Assembly: GCA_964036045.1 (NCBI GenBank)
Contig: OZ038378.1
Location: 20,894,001 to 20,958,000, forward strand
Source of the DNA: Eutreptiella sp. 'Long Island Sound 2002'
Lineage: Eukaryota; Protista; Euglenida
DNA length: 64,000 nucleotides
Direction of reading: 5' to 3'
Part shown: positions 47,420-58,983 of the stretch, piece by piece
Position numbering within the stretch: the stretch's first letter is position 1
How the letters are laid out: each line of letters opens with the position of its first letter
The notes under the pieces: generated by a model
The model's input: the letters and a program-made list of their open reading frames with translations, nothing else
The model's database searches: none
Told to the model about the DNA's origin: nothing
Program-made: the position numbers and the translations under genes

Positions 47420-49514
47420 AACCTCCCCCCCCAAATACTGTACCCCGGGGTACGTTATTTGCCTGACGCTCAATAGGGCCAGGGGGGTATACTATTTGGG
47501 GGGTATACCAATTGGGGGGTATGGTATTTCAGCCCTTTCGCTGTCACCCTCACCCTCACCCCTCTTTGCCTTCTCTTTCGTCATAGGTATGCAGCCCTAT
47601 CCAGATGACTGGCATCCGGCTTCGATGCTGATATGCTTTGTGTGCATGCTTGTTGTACACTGTCATTGCCACTACCTGCTTGCTATTCAGTTTTGCTTTG
47701 TGTTGGCTCCATGGGTGATTCTGATTCTGAATCTGATTTTGAACTACACGCGGTACACACTGTAGAAGACGGTTTCTCTGATCCACCTTCTGACGTACCT
47801 TCGGAAGAACCTGCCACCGAGGACGATGTTGAGATAGGCAGTGACACTGATGGTGCTGATGGTGCTGAAATACCTGATGCTGATGGTGTGCAGGAGACTG
47901 ACAACGATGACAACAATGATGGCAAGGCGAACAACGAAAGCAAGGGCAAAAAACGGAAAAGGGTAATGGCTACGGATTTGGCGTTTCGCTTGCGTGTCTG
48001 CCGACATTTCCATCAGTGTAAAAACAAAAAGCAAACTGCCCGCAAGTTCACAATTCAGCCCAAACAGGTGCGTGACTATTTGAAACAGGAGAAAACCCTG
48101 AAGGCACAGGTGGTGGCAGGCAAGAGGAAGTCTCGGCGGTTGGCTGGTGGTGGCGCAAAACCAAAGCACCCACAGTGGGAGAAGAAGTTACTGGACTGGG
48201 TAAATCAGATGCAGGAGAAAAAACGAAAGGTTACACGACGACGACTTGTAAAACATGCGACGCGTCTGTTCAAGGAAGTGACCAACAGAAATGAGCTGTC
48301 CGAAAAACTGTTGCTGAATTGGAAAAAAAGGAACAACAAATCTTTTGTTCGGACAAAACGTCGCGTCAAACATGCTGACGACACCCCGATGCAGGCTGCC
48401 CAGAAATTTCACCATTCCCTTCGACGTGCAGCAAAGTTGAGCGTTGACATTGGACTGGGCATGGGACAATTTGATCCAGACCTGGTTGCAAACATGGATG
48501 AAACTGGAATTTCTATAACTGCTGATCGTAAGGTTTTGGTCTCAAAGGGATCGGAGGGTATAATTATTGATGGTCCCTTTGGGGCCACTTCACTGAAGCG
48601 CTTTGCCACAGTGGTCATTACTGTTTTTCGCAAAGAGCAATTGGTGAAACCATTGATTATATTCCGAGGACAAGGGAAACGCCTTGGCACTGAGCCCCTC
48701 AGGTGGGACAGCAGGGTTGTGGTTCATTTTCAGAAAGATGCCTGGATGGATGGGAAGGGCATGGAGACAGTGTATGTGCCACTGTGGGAACACGCTGTAA
48801 AAGAACACCCCCACAAAAAGGTATTGTTGGCGGATGCCCTGGGTGCACATTTTAAGAAAGAGGTGTTATCCATGTTCCATGCAGCAAACACTTGGGTCTG
48901 CCGCATACCTGAAGGAACCACTTCTTTTTTGCAGTACCTAGATGTGTACTTCTTTGCCACGTTGAAAGATACACTGTATAACATTTTGGATGATGTTGCT
49001 GAGATTCTTGAGGAGGGCAACACCAAACGTGTTTCAGCCTCAGAAAAGCGTGTGCTAGTAACCAAAGCAGTGGCCGATGCTTGGGATGCCACAATATTGA
49101 AAACTGCTACAACGCGTCCACAGGCTTTTGGACAGTTGGGCTACACCTGGGGCCACGGTGAGGTGGTCAGCCTCCGCTCTTTGCCTGACTACAAGTTTGA
49201 TCCTGATGAGGCTTTTGCGGATGTGTGTGTCACAGGTGCTGATGGAGCTGGAGCAGCACCTTCAGCTGCTGTGGCCCACGCCTCTAGCAGTGTTTCAAAT
49301 GTAAAGAGGCAAACCACAACCACCGCTTTCTTCAAGTGAGCTACTGTGCAGTGGTGTTGAGACCGTGTCCCGAATCTGTTCGTGTTTCGTTTGCTTGTAT
49401 GTGATGAAAAGGGGGTATACTATTTGGCAAAACGCTTATTAAGCCAAGGGGGGTATAGTATTTGGGGGGGTATAGTATTTGGGGGGGGGGGTACACTATT
49501 TGGGGGGGGAGGTT
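47420..49514 (+). mobile_element. Full-length pogo-like (Tc1/mariner-pogo) DNA transposon, apparently intact
   Basis: 27-bp TIRs AACCTCCCCCCCCAAATA(C/G)TGTACCCC with 1 mismatch, TA TSD (47418-47419, 49515-49516), subterminal GGGGTATA(C/G)TATTTGG repeats and a single intact ORF. Confidence 0.93.
47711..49339 (+). CDS. pogo-family DDE_1 transposase, DD35D (542 aa from ATG 47711)
   Basis: Acidic N-terminus, Brinker-like HTH (LRVCRHF...KQTARKF...VRDY), CENP-B-type HTH (GGGAKPKHPQWEKKLLDWV), catalytic NMDET / LLADA / LQYLD with 35 residues between D2 and D3, C-terminal KRQTTTTAFFK. Confidence 0.92.
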   Translation: MGDSDSESDFELHAVHTVEDGFSDPPSDVPSEEPATEDDVEIGSDTDGADGAEIPDADGVQETDNDDNNDGKANNESKGKKRKRVMATDLAFRLRVCRHFHQCKNKKQTARKFTIQPKQVRDYLKQEKTLKAQVVAGKRKSRRLAGGGAKPKHPQWEKKLLDWVNQMQEKKRKVTRRRLVKHATRLFKEVTNRNELSEKLLLNWKKRNNKSFVRTKRRVKHADDTPMQAAQKFHHSLRRAAKLSVDIGLGMGQFDPDLVANMDETGISITADRKVLVSKGSEGIIIDGPFGATSLKRFATVVITVFRKEQLVKPLIIFRGQGKRLGTEPLRWDSRVVVHFQKDAWMDGKGMETVYVPLWEHAVKEHPHKKVLLADALGAHFKKEVLSMFHAANTWVCRIPEGTTSFLQYLDVYFFATLKDTLYNILDDVAEILEEGNTKRVSASEKRVLVTKAVADAWDATILKTATTRPQAFGQLGYTWGHGEVVSLRSLPDYKFDPDEAFADVCVTGADGAGAAPSAAVAHASSSVSNVKRQTTTTAFFK

Positions 49515-52049
49515 TAATCTCTTGTAAAATCCTTATTTGTTCAATAAATGTATCCACTAATGAGCTTTTGGTTTGGGAGCTTTGGGACCCCCCACCGAGA
49601 CCTCCACAACGTAAATAAGGGAAATGGGGGGGGGTCCAAAAATGTGACCCCATCGCCCGTTGGGGTCAGGAAGTGGTGGGTGCTTTGGGCACACACGCAG
49701 GCCGAAAATGACTCTCTTCCAACCAAAAGAAACCAAAACCTACAATAAGAAGAAGAAAGAACCACCATTCAACAGCCATTTGGGGGAACTTGTCCATGAA
49801 AATGGGACCCAGAGGGGGGGGGGGGTTGATCTGTTGACACCATCACTTTGTACAAAAGAGACACTACGGCCCCGACTTGACCAGCAAAGTGTGGTAGTAA
49901 ATCACACCCGAGTTGACCTATGCCAAAGGCGCACTGCAGGAGAAGTCCCCCATTCGGAAAATTAGGATTTTAGGCGACAAGCTTTGAGTCTTGAGGCTTT
50001 GGGGCTTGCTTAGGCCGTGTAGTGTGATCAGCAAAACAGTGTGTGTAGATTTTGGCCATTTTTGTGAGGACAAATGCCAAATGCATTTGTGGCAGCCTTA
50101 GGGCCCTAACCTAGAGGCGTGGGATTGGGAGTTGGGGATTGGGAATGTTGTGCCTGTGTACGCATGATAGGATGCAGAACGACATGTTTTGCAGCCGCTA
50201 GCCCTGCCTCGGGCTGGCCATGGCCCATTGGAAAGACAAGAAAGAACGGGTTGCACTAAACATAGGCCAAAAAATTGCAGAAGCATGTTCCAGCCGCAAA
50301 AGCGCAAAAATTGAAATTCCACCCGTTCAAAATGGTTCCAACATCACAAGTAAAACGTGTCCTAGTTCCTATTGATGCATTTTTCACCTATTTGGCCATG
50401 AATGCTGCAGGATGGGGGTTTCCCAAGAGATTGGTGCACAAAGTGCTCATATTTTTTTCAAACTCAACAGCTAAAACATCTGAAATTCGAAACCCTATTT
50501 TGGGGGGAATTCTATATTCCCTGACAAAGTCGGGGGGTGCATGGGGTGCAGGGTGGGGGGGGGGAAGGGGCACCCAATAATCAAGGTAACCTGTTGAGGG
50601 TTGCAGTGCACTTGCGTACATTTGAACGTCCACCCAAAGTTAGGCCGCATCCACCAACATTTGAGTAGCGTCCACCTAAGGTTAGGCTGCACCCACAAAC
50701 AGTTGAGACTGGGCCTCCTCGACAAATAGTTCACACTTGACAACCAATATTTAACGCAGGTCTCCCATTTAGGGTTGTGGTGCACATGCCAAATATTGAG
50801 TAACATTCACCCTCGCTGATTACCCTATGACCTGCATGGCACTGTTCGTGGGACGAAGGGTTACCAGGGGGAACCGAGTAAGCAATGTGAGGTGCGAGTT
50901 TTCACCATATTCGGCCAGCAGGTGCTGCAGGGTGCAGAGTTGGCATGAGACTCGTGCACACAGTTTCAGCCTCAAAAGCTTAAAAATCAGAAATTCCAGA
51001 ACCGATTTTTGGGGGGACTCTGCATGTATTGTGAACCCTCACGTTGGTCAACGTCACGTGTAAACCATGTTTTAAGCCCTGTTTGTGTGGCGCTCAACTT
51101 GGCCACGGGCAGGTTGGCGCCTCATGCAAAGCTGGCTTTACACAGATTTCATCAACAACTCCAACTATTGGCCAACTTTGGCAGCGTCTTGTTACGACCA
51201 ATTTTCTGCGAAATGGAATGGAAGGCAATAGAACTTCCACGTCAGTTGTGTAGTGTACCCTGTGCAATTGCGAAGCCTTGCCAGCGCTGACAGGGGAGTG
51301 GGCACCACAAGGGTAGCAGGCTGCCATCGTTAGCAGAGGGACAGAGACCTCACTCCCACCTCCAGGACCGCAACCCCCAGAATGGCCCTCTCCCGGCGAT
51401 CCCTCCCACAAGTGACCTCGATAAATAAAAGCATGATGCACAAAAGCACGGAACTGGACACCAGTCGCACTAAGGGTACCCAACCTGCATTCATGGAGCA
51501 ACAAAAAGCAGCAGGTTCCAGGAAAGGTCATCATGTGTACAGTGAAAGACTTTCGAATCATTTGAGGGCGCCTGCAGTCCCAGACTTCAGAGCAATGGCT
51601 CGGCTCCTGAAGCCGTTGTTCTCAGAGCCTGCCGAACCGCAAGCCCAGTTTTCGGGTACTGCATAACAGTACTTCACACCAGTTGGCACTTAGTGACGCG
51701 GTAACGACATAAAAAATGAAAACACTAGTCAAAAGGCGTCTTGGTGCATCAACTGCCACCAACACCCGGTCCAACGCATCTGTCACTGGCTTGGGCGCGT
51801 ATGTGGAAGGAAAGCAAACAAAGGTGCGGAGCAAGAGTGGCAGCACCAGCAACACGCCCCACTACTCCCTCTTTGACTGTTGGTTCAAATTCTTGATTTT
51901 CCTCGTGACATTCTCCACGGACCATTCAATCAAGAATGACTTGAAAACTCCGAAGCTTACCTCAATGAAACACGGCAAAAAAGCTGTAAACAAGGAGCAT
52001 CACACAGAACCTGAAAGCTGCCATGTTGGTATGTGACCCGCTCACTTGC

Positions 52050-52265
52050 CGTATCATCCGGTCCAGATGGAGTGTAGGGATAGTACCGCGAATCCACGGC
52101 GATCATTTGAGAGAGGGGGATGGGTGAGGCCTGCGGACAGTAGCAGCGAAATATCCCGTTCCAACTGGAGCAGTACATCGACCCCGGCTCGCCCCTCTTA
52201 CCCTCGAAGCAACTCCGACTTCCGCAGTAGTACTTCCACCCCCGTGCCCCCAGGTCTGTCACTGT
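52050..52265 (-). CDS. Probable further upstream exon of the giant gene (EGF-like Cys pattern)
   Basis: Acceptor cctatcgcag|; YYCGSRSCFEGKRGEPGSMYCSSWNGIFRCYCPQ. A phase-0 join to exon 46863-47102 needs the GC donor ACG|gcaagt; the alternative GT donor is phase 1. Confidence 0.45.
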
Positions 52266-53092
52266 CTGCGATAGGTTGCCCAGCTTGGCAGTGCCCTGTC
52301 GCGTGGCAATCCCCTGACAACGCCCAAGGAACACCAACCCGCCCCCTCATTGCTGCTGTCCTTTGGACCCAACGGTCAGACAAGGAAGGTATGAAACCGG
52401 AGCCGGCCATCAGTGAGTCCCTTCGATCCAATGGAGCGGGTCCCTTGCTGTGTCTCCGATCAGGTGAGCAAATTGACCCCACCCACCCTGTTCCCAGTCT
52501 GTCCGCGACGGCTCAAGGCCCCCCCACACTGCGCCAAGGTCACCGGCCCCAGGGTCTAGAGAGGACGTGGAGGAAGGAGGCGGGCGGGGGGGGGGGGGGG
52601 GTGCTGGATGCGAGACTGGGTCACAATCAGGTTGACACAGTGGTCCCCGACAGTTGTCCAATTTGGCGATGTTGCAGACTTTTGCTGTTCCCCTGATCAC
52701 CCGATGGGGTTCCAGTGCAAGCTCAAGGGTTGTCTGCCAGTGATCACTCTGGGTCCCAAAAAGGCTGTTTTCAGTGCCTTTTCGAGAGCCAAAGAAGGGT
52801 CCACAAGAGTGGGAATTGGAGGTGGAGTGGAGGTGGCATTGGAAGTGGACTGGGGATGGGATGGGAGGCGGACTGGTGACGGGGATGCAGGGGGCTGGAG
52901 ATTGCCTTGGAGGTGGACCGGAGATGAGCCAGAACCGCCTTATGGCGTAGTGGTGGCAAACAATTAGAGCTGGCGCTTCAAGCATGAAATATCATAGCCC
53001 AAACATGGGGGGTCGGACACTGTCAACTCAAAACAGTGGCCTCCAAAACATTTTGATGCTCAATCCGTAGTTAATCGCCCTTCTGAATATTA

Positions 53093-53704
53093 CCGTACGA
53101 TGCCTAAAGATTCGCGGAATCCTAATTTTTGCGTTGGGTGTTTTGAATAAATAATAAGCAAATTTTTTGCAACGGCATCCAAAATGGGCAGAAAATATTT
53201 CATTTTTGCGATTTTTTTGCGGAACCCATTATTGCATAGGGCGTTACACCAAAAATTATTCTGTTGCATTTTTGTTTTTGCGTTTTGGGGATTGGGGTTG
53301 ATTCATTTTGTTGCTACTGCCAGAGACCGTGCGTACCTTGGACTCTGGGATTGCAGTCCATAGCACAGATAAGCACCAACAAGCATGATTCAGGTCTACC
53401 AGTTTTTCAACAAACCAGTTCCAAACTCGTCCATAATAGTGCCCATGGCACGTGAAATGCTGCCTTGTCATTTTGACTCGATAATGGTGCAGTCCCTCCC
53501 GCGATTCTGGCATTCTTGCAAAAAGGGGGGCAGGGGCAAAAAACAATTGATTTTTCGATTTTTGGATTTTTCGATTTTTGCGGAACCCATTTTTGCGTAG
53601 GGCATGACGCCAAAAAAGGTTTTTTGCGTTTTTTTTATTTCTGCATACAACAACACCTTGTGCCGAGAATTAACTATTTTCGCAAATCTTTAGGATTCGT
53701 ACGG
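53093..53704. mobile_element. 612-bp MITE, TA TSD, ~27-bp imperfect TIRs
   Basis: TA|CCGTACGATGCCTAAAGATTCGCGGAA ... TTTCGCAAATCTTTAGGATTCGTACGG|TA, with an internal direct repeat TTTTTGCGGAACCCATT. Confidence 0.8.
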
Positions 53705-53748
53705 TAGGGTGGGGGAGGGGAGTTGAAGCAGGGCAAGGAAGGCTGCAA

Positions 53749-53751
<3 letters not shown>

Positions 53752-53811
<60 letters not shown>

Positions 53812-53813
53812 TC

Positions 53814-53853
<40 letters not shown>
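53752..53853. repeat. (CT)n microsatellite
   Basis: Directly visible ~100-bp CT tract. Confidence 0.95.
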
Positions 53854-53859
<6 letters not shown>

Positions 53860-56800
53860 GCAGCTTCTTGCTTTTGTGTGTCCCTGCTAGAACGAACACC
53901 CGGTGAACACGCAACAGAACAGCACCGGCATAGCTAATGTCGTAAGCACCACGAAGATGCAAATCTTCTGCCATGCTGCCCACCGACAGGAAAGCCACTT
54001 ATTCAAGCCCTGCGCATAGATGCCTGCATCAGCAGTCATCAGCAAGGCAGTGTAGAAGCTTCCCGGACATTCAAACGACTCGAAAAGAATCTGCAATGGG
54101 AAACAGAGTAGTGGCGTCTCGAAGATTCCGCAAGGTCAAAGCTGAGCTGCGGGCTAGAGGCGGAACGTAAGGTGAATTGAAGAGGATACGGTCAATGACA
54201 CAGGACATAGAATGGTCTCTCCATGCAGCATGTGCTTGGGCACCTTTTGGGAGGGCTCCAAGGGCCCCATGCACGACGGTTCGTCCAGTTTGGTGATCAC
54301 CGCCCTAATCCGTCAACTATTTCGTTCTCAGAAACGCCCTGTTCCTTGCGATCTTGTTCTTCGTGGTTGCTGTTTTCAGCAGGACCCATAAACGCTTCCA
54401 GGCTGCTCCAGCCTCCCCCCCCACCCCAGGGGGACCCAGCAGACTCTTCCACAGGTGCACTGCTGCTCAGGGCCCCCATCGCAAATCTCCCACGTGCTGT
54501 GGAGCTTGCTGAATCCAGGGTCCGAGTTTCCTGGGCTTACAATGTCCAAACCAAACTCGTGTTATCTTGAGCTTGTGTTGTACTCTGCTGCCCCCTTAGG
54601 TAACCCCCCCCAAAATGCACAACTTGCCCTCCACACCCATGGGGAACTGTGACCAAATGCCGGTGCCCCCCCCCCCCCCGGAACTATGCACTAGGACCCG
54701 TACCCACACCAGGCCTCAAGATGCTTGCTCGTATTTCGCAGAGGCTTCTTGCAAGTCAGTGGCGTTTGTCGTACCAAGGCCTTGCAGTGGGGCCTTTGCC
54801 TTTGCAGTTGGGGGCTTTGCTGTGTGCGTGCGGCTTTCAGCCTGCAGCAACCATCCACAATCCTCCAAGAATTATTAGCAACCATCCAGCTACCCCAAAG
54901 AATTCACAGGAACCATCACGAATAACTGGTAAATATGCAGAAGTTTCCGGGAATCATCGGCAAGCTGCAAATGGATGCTCATTGCTAATTCTTGGAGGAT
55001 TCTCGATGCTTGCTGTCAATTTCTGGAGGCTGCTGGATGTTGGGGCCCAGAGGGTTAGGGACTCACTTGCACATTTTTGCCAAAAGGGATTGCATTCAAT
55101 CTCAACTGTGTCTTCAGATGGAGTTGTTTTCGCTCCCTGCATTCTGTGTTGTGTCCCATATGCAGACATCATGCATTCTGAAGGTGACTTTGTTTGGTAC
55201 AACTCCTGGAGCCTGGGTCACAAGGTTATGACCACTGTTGTCGGTAAGTGACGCTCCCCCGTCCCCCTTGGGGCAGCGGGGGGGGGGGGGGGGATGCAAA
55301 GCATATGTTATGATACCTACTTTGCATAAATAAGTTCCGTTGATAGTATCATGAATTTCTCAGCAGGGACTGAGAAGAAAATGCATGCCAATGCATGTCA
55401 TGGGTAAGAGGGTCGTTGCCTTGGTCTCCGCCTTCTCTGCCCACTTCCTGTTGATGTGTTTACACTTTCTTTCTAACCCATGCAAGCGTATGCTGGTAGC
55501 GGATGACGAACGTAGACGGTTTGTTGTGGCAGCAAAACAGCAGCTGCGGGCGAAGGGCAGCATTCTTTTGTTACCAAAAGCAGACCCTTTCCTTGAAAGA
55601 CGTCCTGTTGGCTGAGTTTCCATGGGCGTGATGATAGTTTTGGTCTGGAGTCCATGTTCCAATTTACATTTTTCTCACACATCCCCCACCATGTGCATGT
55701 GCTACACTTCCTACCCCAATGGAACTGGCCCAAGCACGCATTGGAGAAGCACATATTACCTCAGCCCGCCCACCAGCTCCTACTGGGCTGCATGTCACAA
55801 CTACCAAACTGCCCATGGGGGCCAACGTAGCGACGGGGAACATTACATGGACCATTCGGGGCCTACAACCAACGCCATTACTTTGAGCGTTAGCACTGAC
55901 CTTGTAGTGGCACACCGGCAAACTTCCACAAGAAGCATTGGGACCATTAGTGGGGCCACAACTGAGGCCATTACAAGAACCATGAAATGACCATAAGTGC
56001 CAGGACTCTAGCCATCTAGAACTATCACTAGGACCATGGTACCATCGTTGGTACCATCAGGGCCTTTTCGTGTGGGACACATTCGTAGTACTGGTCTTAA
56101 AACACATGCCACGTGTAACAACGCTGTTGATGGTTAGAAATCCAAACACTGATGTTCTTAAAACCTGCACAACTGTTTTCGTACTCCAAAGATTGTGTGT
56201 TGTACTGTACATGGTCCTAGTAATGGTCTCGGTATTGCACCCGGCTATGTTAACAGTCATGGTCTTCGCCATTGCTCGGACTGTGTCTGGGGTAGGGCCA
56301 TTATTTGAAGCATTACTAAGCCCCCCCCCCCCCATGATGGGCGAAAATGGACCATTACAAATGACATCATTGCTTGACACCACCGTGGGGTCATTAGCGG
56401 TACAACTACTCAAGTCAACTTTAGTTGAATGACACAATGCAAGAAAAAAGCTTTGAACTGTGTTCCTCAAGCTGTGACCAACAATGGTAGCCAATAGTCA
56501 ACACATGGTGGCAAACGCCACCAAAGTATTTCAACAACAATAGCACAACTGCAGCTCAAGATTTACTGTGAGCCATGTGGGGCTGGGAGGGTGGGGGGGA
56601 GGGAGTCCTTTTGTTTGGAGGTTGAGAGTGGGGTTGCTTAACCTTGTGAGTATGCTGGTTGGTACTTCCGGGTGTGCATACGTGTTCGCCTTTTGGGGAG
56701 GGGACTGAGGGCCATGATGTCAAGTTTTCGAATTAAGCAGCACAATCCTGACCTCAAGCCAGACTTACTCAGTGCATTGTTCACAGATTGCTTTGCCTTG

Positions 56801-57185
56801 CTGCCACTGCAGCACAAACCACTCTAATGCCGACCATTGCCTTGAGTTCACCGCATGGGGCAGATATCAAATGTTTCTTCGGGGGGGTGTTTGCCCGACG
56901 CGCGCCTGGCACGCTACTTTTGTATTAACCATCCCGACTGTAACCCCGGATTTACCCTCCCCTAGAGGAGTCCCCCAAGTCGACCAGAGAGGACCGCAAG
57001 CCTTCCCTACAAAGCACGCTGCATAAGGCGAAATGGAGAACTTCAACGTCGATGTATTACTCATGTATTGGCGAATAAACAATTTGTTCCCCACAAGTGT
57101 GGGCATCAATACATTTATCACAATAATGCTCTACTCACAAACAGACATGGGCGCAGTCACAGAATTAGTAGAGACCTGCCTGGTG

Positions 57186-57571
57186 ACCCCCCCAAAATGT
57201 GTACCCCCAAACCAATTTATACCCCCCAAGGCCTAATGGGCATTTTGCCAAAATCTGCACCCCCCTTCAGCCATGCACAAGCTAACAGAACACGAACAAT
57301 TTCAACATCACTGCAAAAGTCACTCACTTGAAGAACGAAGTGATTGTGATTTGCTTCTTGACAATGGAAACACTAGTGGAGGCATGGTCCAGAATCTGAC
57401 CGTTCCATGCAAGCAGGACAAATGAAAACTGAATGACAAGCGAAAAAGAACATGCAGCACCTCCCACCAAAAATTTATCCGCCCCCAACAATTTACACCC
57501 CCCTGGCCTTACTGAGCGTCTTGCCGAGATCCATACCCCAGGGTATACATTTTTTGGGGGGGGGGGGTGTT
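57186..57571 (-). mobile_element. Deletion derivative of a pogo element related to 47420-49514
   Basis: TIR-like CCCCCCAAAATGT(G/A)TACCCC at both ends. The 3' region aligns with the full element and retains coding end VSIVKKQITITSFFK* (cf. VSNVKRQTTTTAFFK*). Confidence 0.75.
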
Positions 57572-57661
57572 TACTGTATATGCAAAAAGCAGCAACAATC
57601 CCCATCGTCGGGTTGGTGTGTGGACTCTGACAATACGTCCACAACCGTCAGGGCAGGTGCA

Positions 57662-57925
57662 CTACTGCTCCACATTGACCACCCTCAACACGGTGGATCC
57701 TTTTCCAAAGCTGTGCATCAGCATCTCAATGTCCACATCGTCGATGAACTCCTCCCCATCACCAGCGCCGCCGAACACAATGAGCCTGTCTGCGTACACA
57801 ACTACTTGTGGGCCATCACGGGCATGCAGCAGAGGCGGCATCGCCTGCCAAGCCCCAGTGTCAGGACCATAGCCCTCAACAGTGTTCAGCGGTCCTCTTT
57901 ACCCATAACCACCAACCCATACAGT
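57662..57925 (-). pseudogene. Kelch-repeat gene fragment (stop and frameshift)
   Basis: LY/VGGYG*RGPLNTVEGYGPDTGAWQAMPPLLHARDGPQVVVYADRLIVFGG matches the Kelch consensus GG...LNTVE.YDP....W..M..L...R.......IVFGG. Not in the ORF track. Confidence 0.75.
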
Positions 57926-58983
57926 GCCCCCCCAGTAAACCCCCCCCCCCCGCCCTGCCCCCTCCCCGCCCCATGCGCACGGATAAACGTTCTGATTGAC
58001 TTCATTTCGAGAAGGCGGCCAAAAGCCCCCTTCCTCAACATTGTCTCTTCGGGTCTAAACGTCTACAATCACCGGACCACGCCTACTTGTGGCTGACAGT
58101 GTCCACAGACAAACCCCCCCATCCCGCCCACGCGTCTCACCCCCCCCCCCCCCGCGGTACCTCGGCGGTACAGGGGGGCGACTTCTGCTGTGTCTGGGGC
58201 CGAGAGCCTATCCCTGGGGGCCAAACGCGGACAGGCGGCAGGATAACTCAGGGTTTGTCTGATGCCTGGGCTGACCCACTGTGCATCGCACTGGCACAAT
58301 CCATTCTGACCCAACGGTCCTGTGCGGCGGGTTCTTAACAGCGGGTCTCCACCCACATCTTGTTGGCTTCAGAGCGCATGAAGCGTGCTCGAGGACGTGC
58401 GACGGCAATGCGCGCGCGACGTCGATGGATTGTGCGCGGTGTCGAGATCCCCTTTGTGTGCGTGCCAGGCACCAACAACACGTCGCCGCGGACCGAAACA
58501 CAGCGGAATCAAACTCTGTGCTCAGGCTGTGTGTTATGGAGGGTGAGAGTACTTCTGTGGCACAGTGTCGCTGCCGTAATGATGATTAGGCCCTAACGGT
58601 AATTCCCCGCCCACCACCTGCATCCCGGGCCCAGTCCCCAGTACCCTGCTGACCACCGCCCACGAGCCCACCATAGAGTGACTGCACGGAGTGACCAAAT
58701 AGAGGGACCGTATGGAGTGACCGTTTACAGGGAGTGTAGTGAAGTGGCGTGACCAGATGTAGCGACCGTATACAGCGACCGTACAGAGTGAGCGTATACA
58801 GCGGCAGTATAGAGTACCTGTCCAGGGTGACCGTAGAGAGTGGCCGTATAGATTGACAGAGAAGGAAGGGTGACCATATAGAGTGACCGTATAGCGTGAC
58901 CATATGGACCTCCACTGACCCGTAAGGATATCCGCCTGCGCTCATCCTCCAACCCCGACTCCCATCCCTTCATTCAGTAAAGG

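Noticed and set aside
50300-52000. Coding-like stretches in the large intron
   Set aside because: Stops in all frames and no motif could be assigned.
55840-56520. Thr-rich ORFs on both strands
   Set aside because: Explained by degenerate ACCAT/GGACCAT repeats in partly inverted arrangement.
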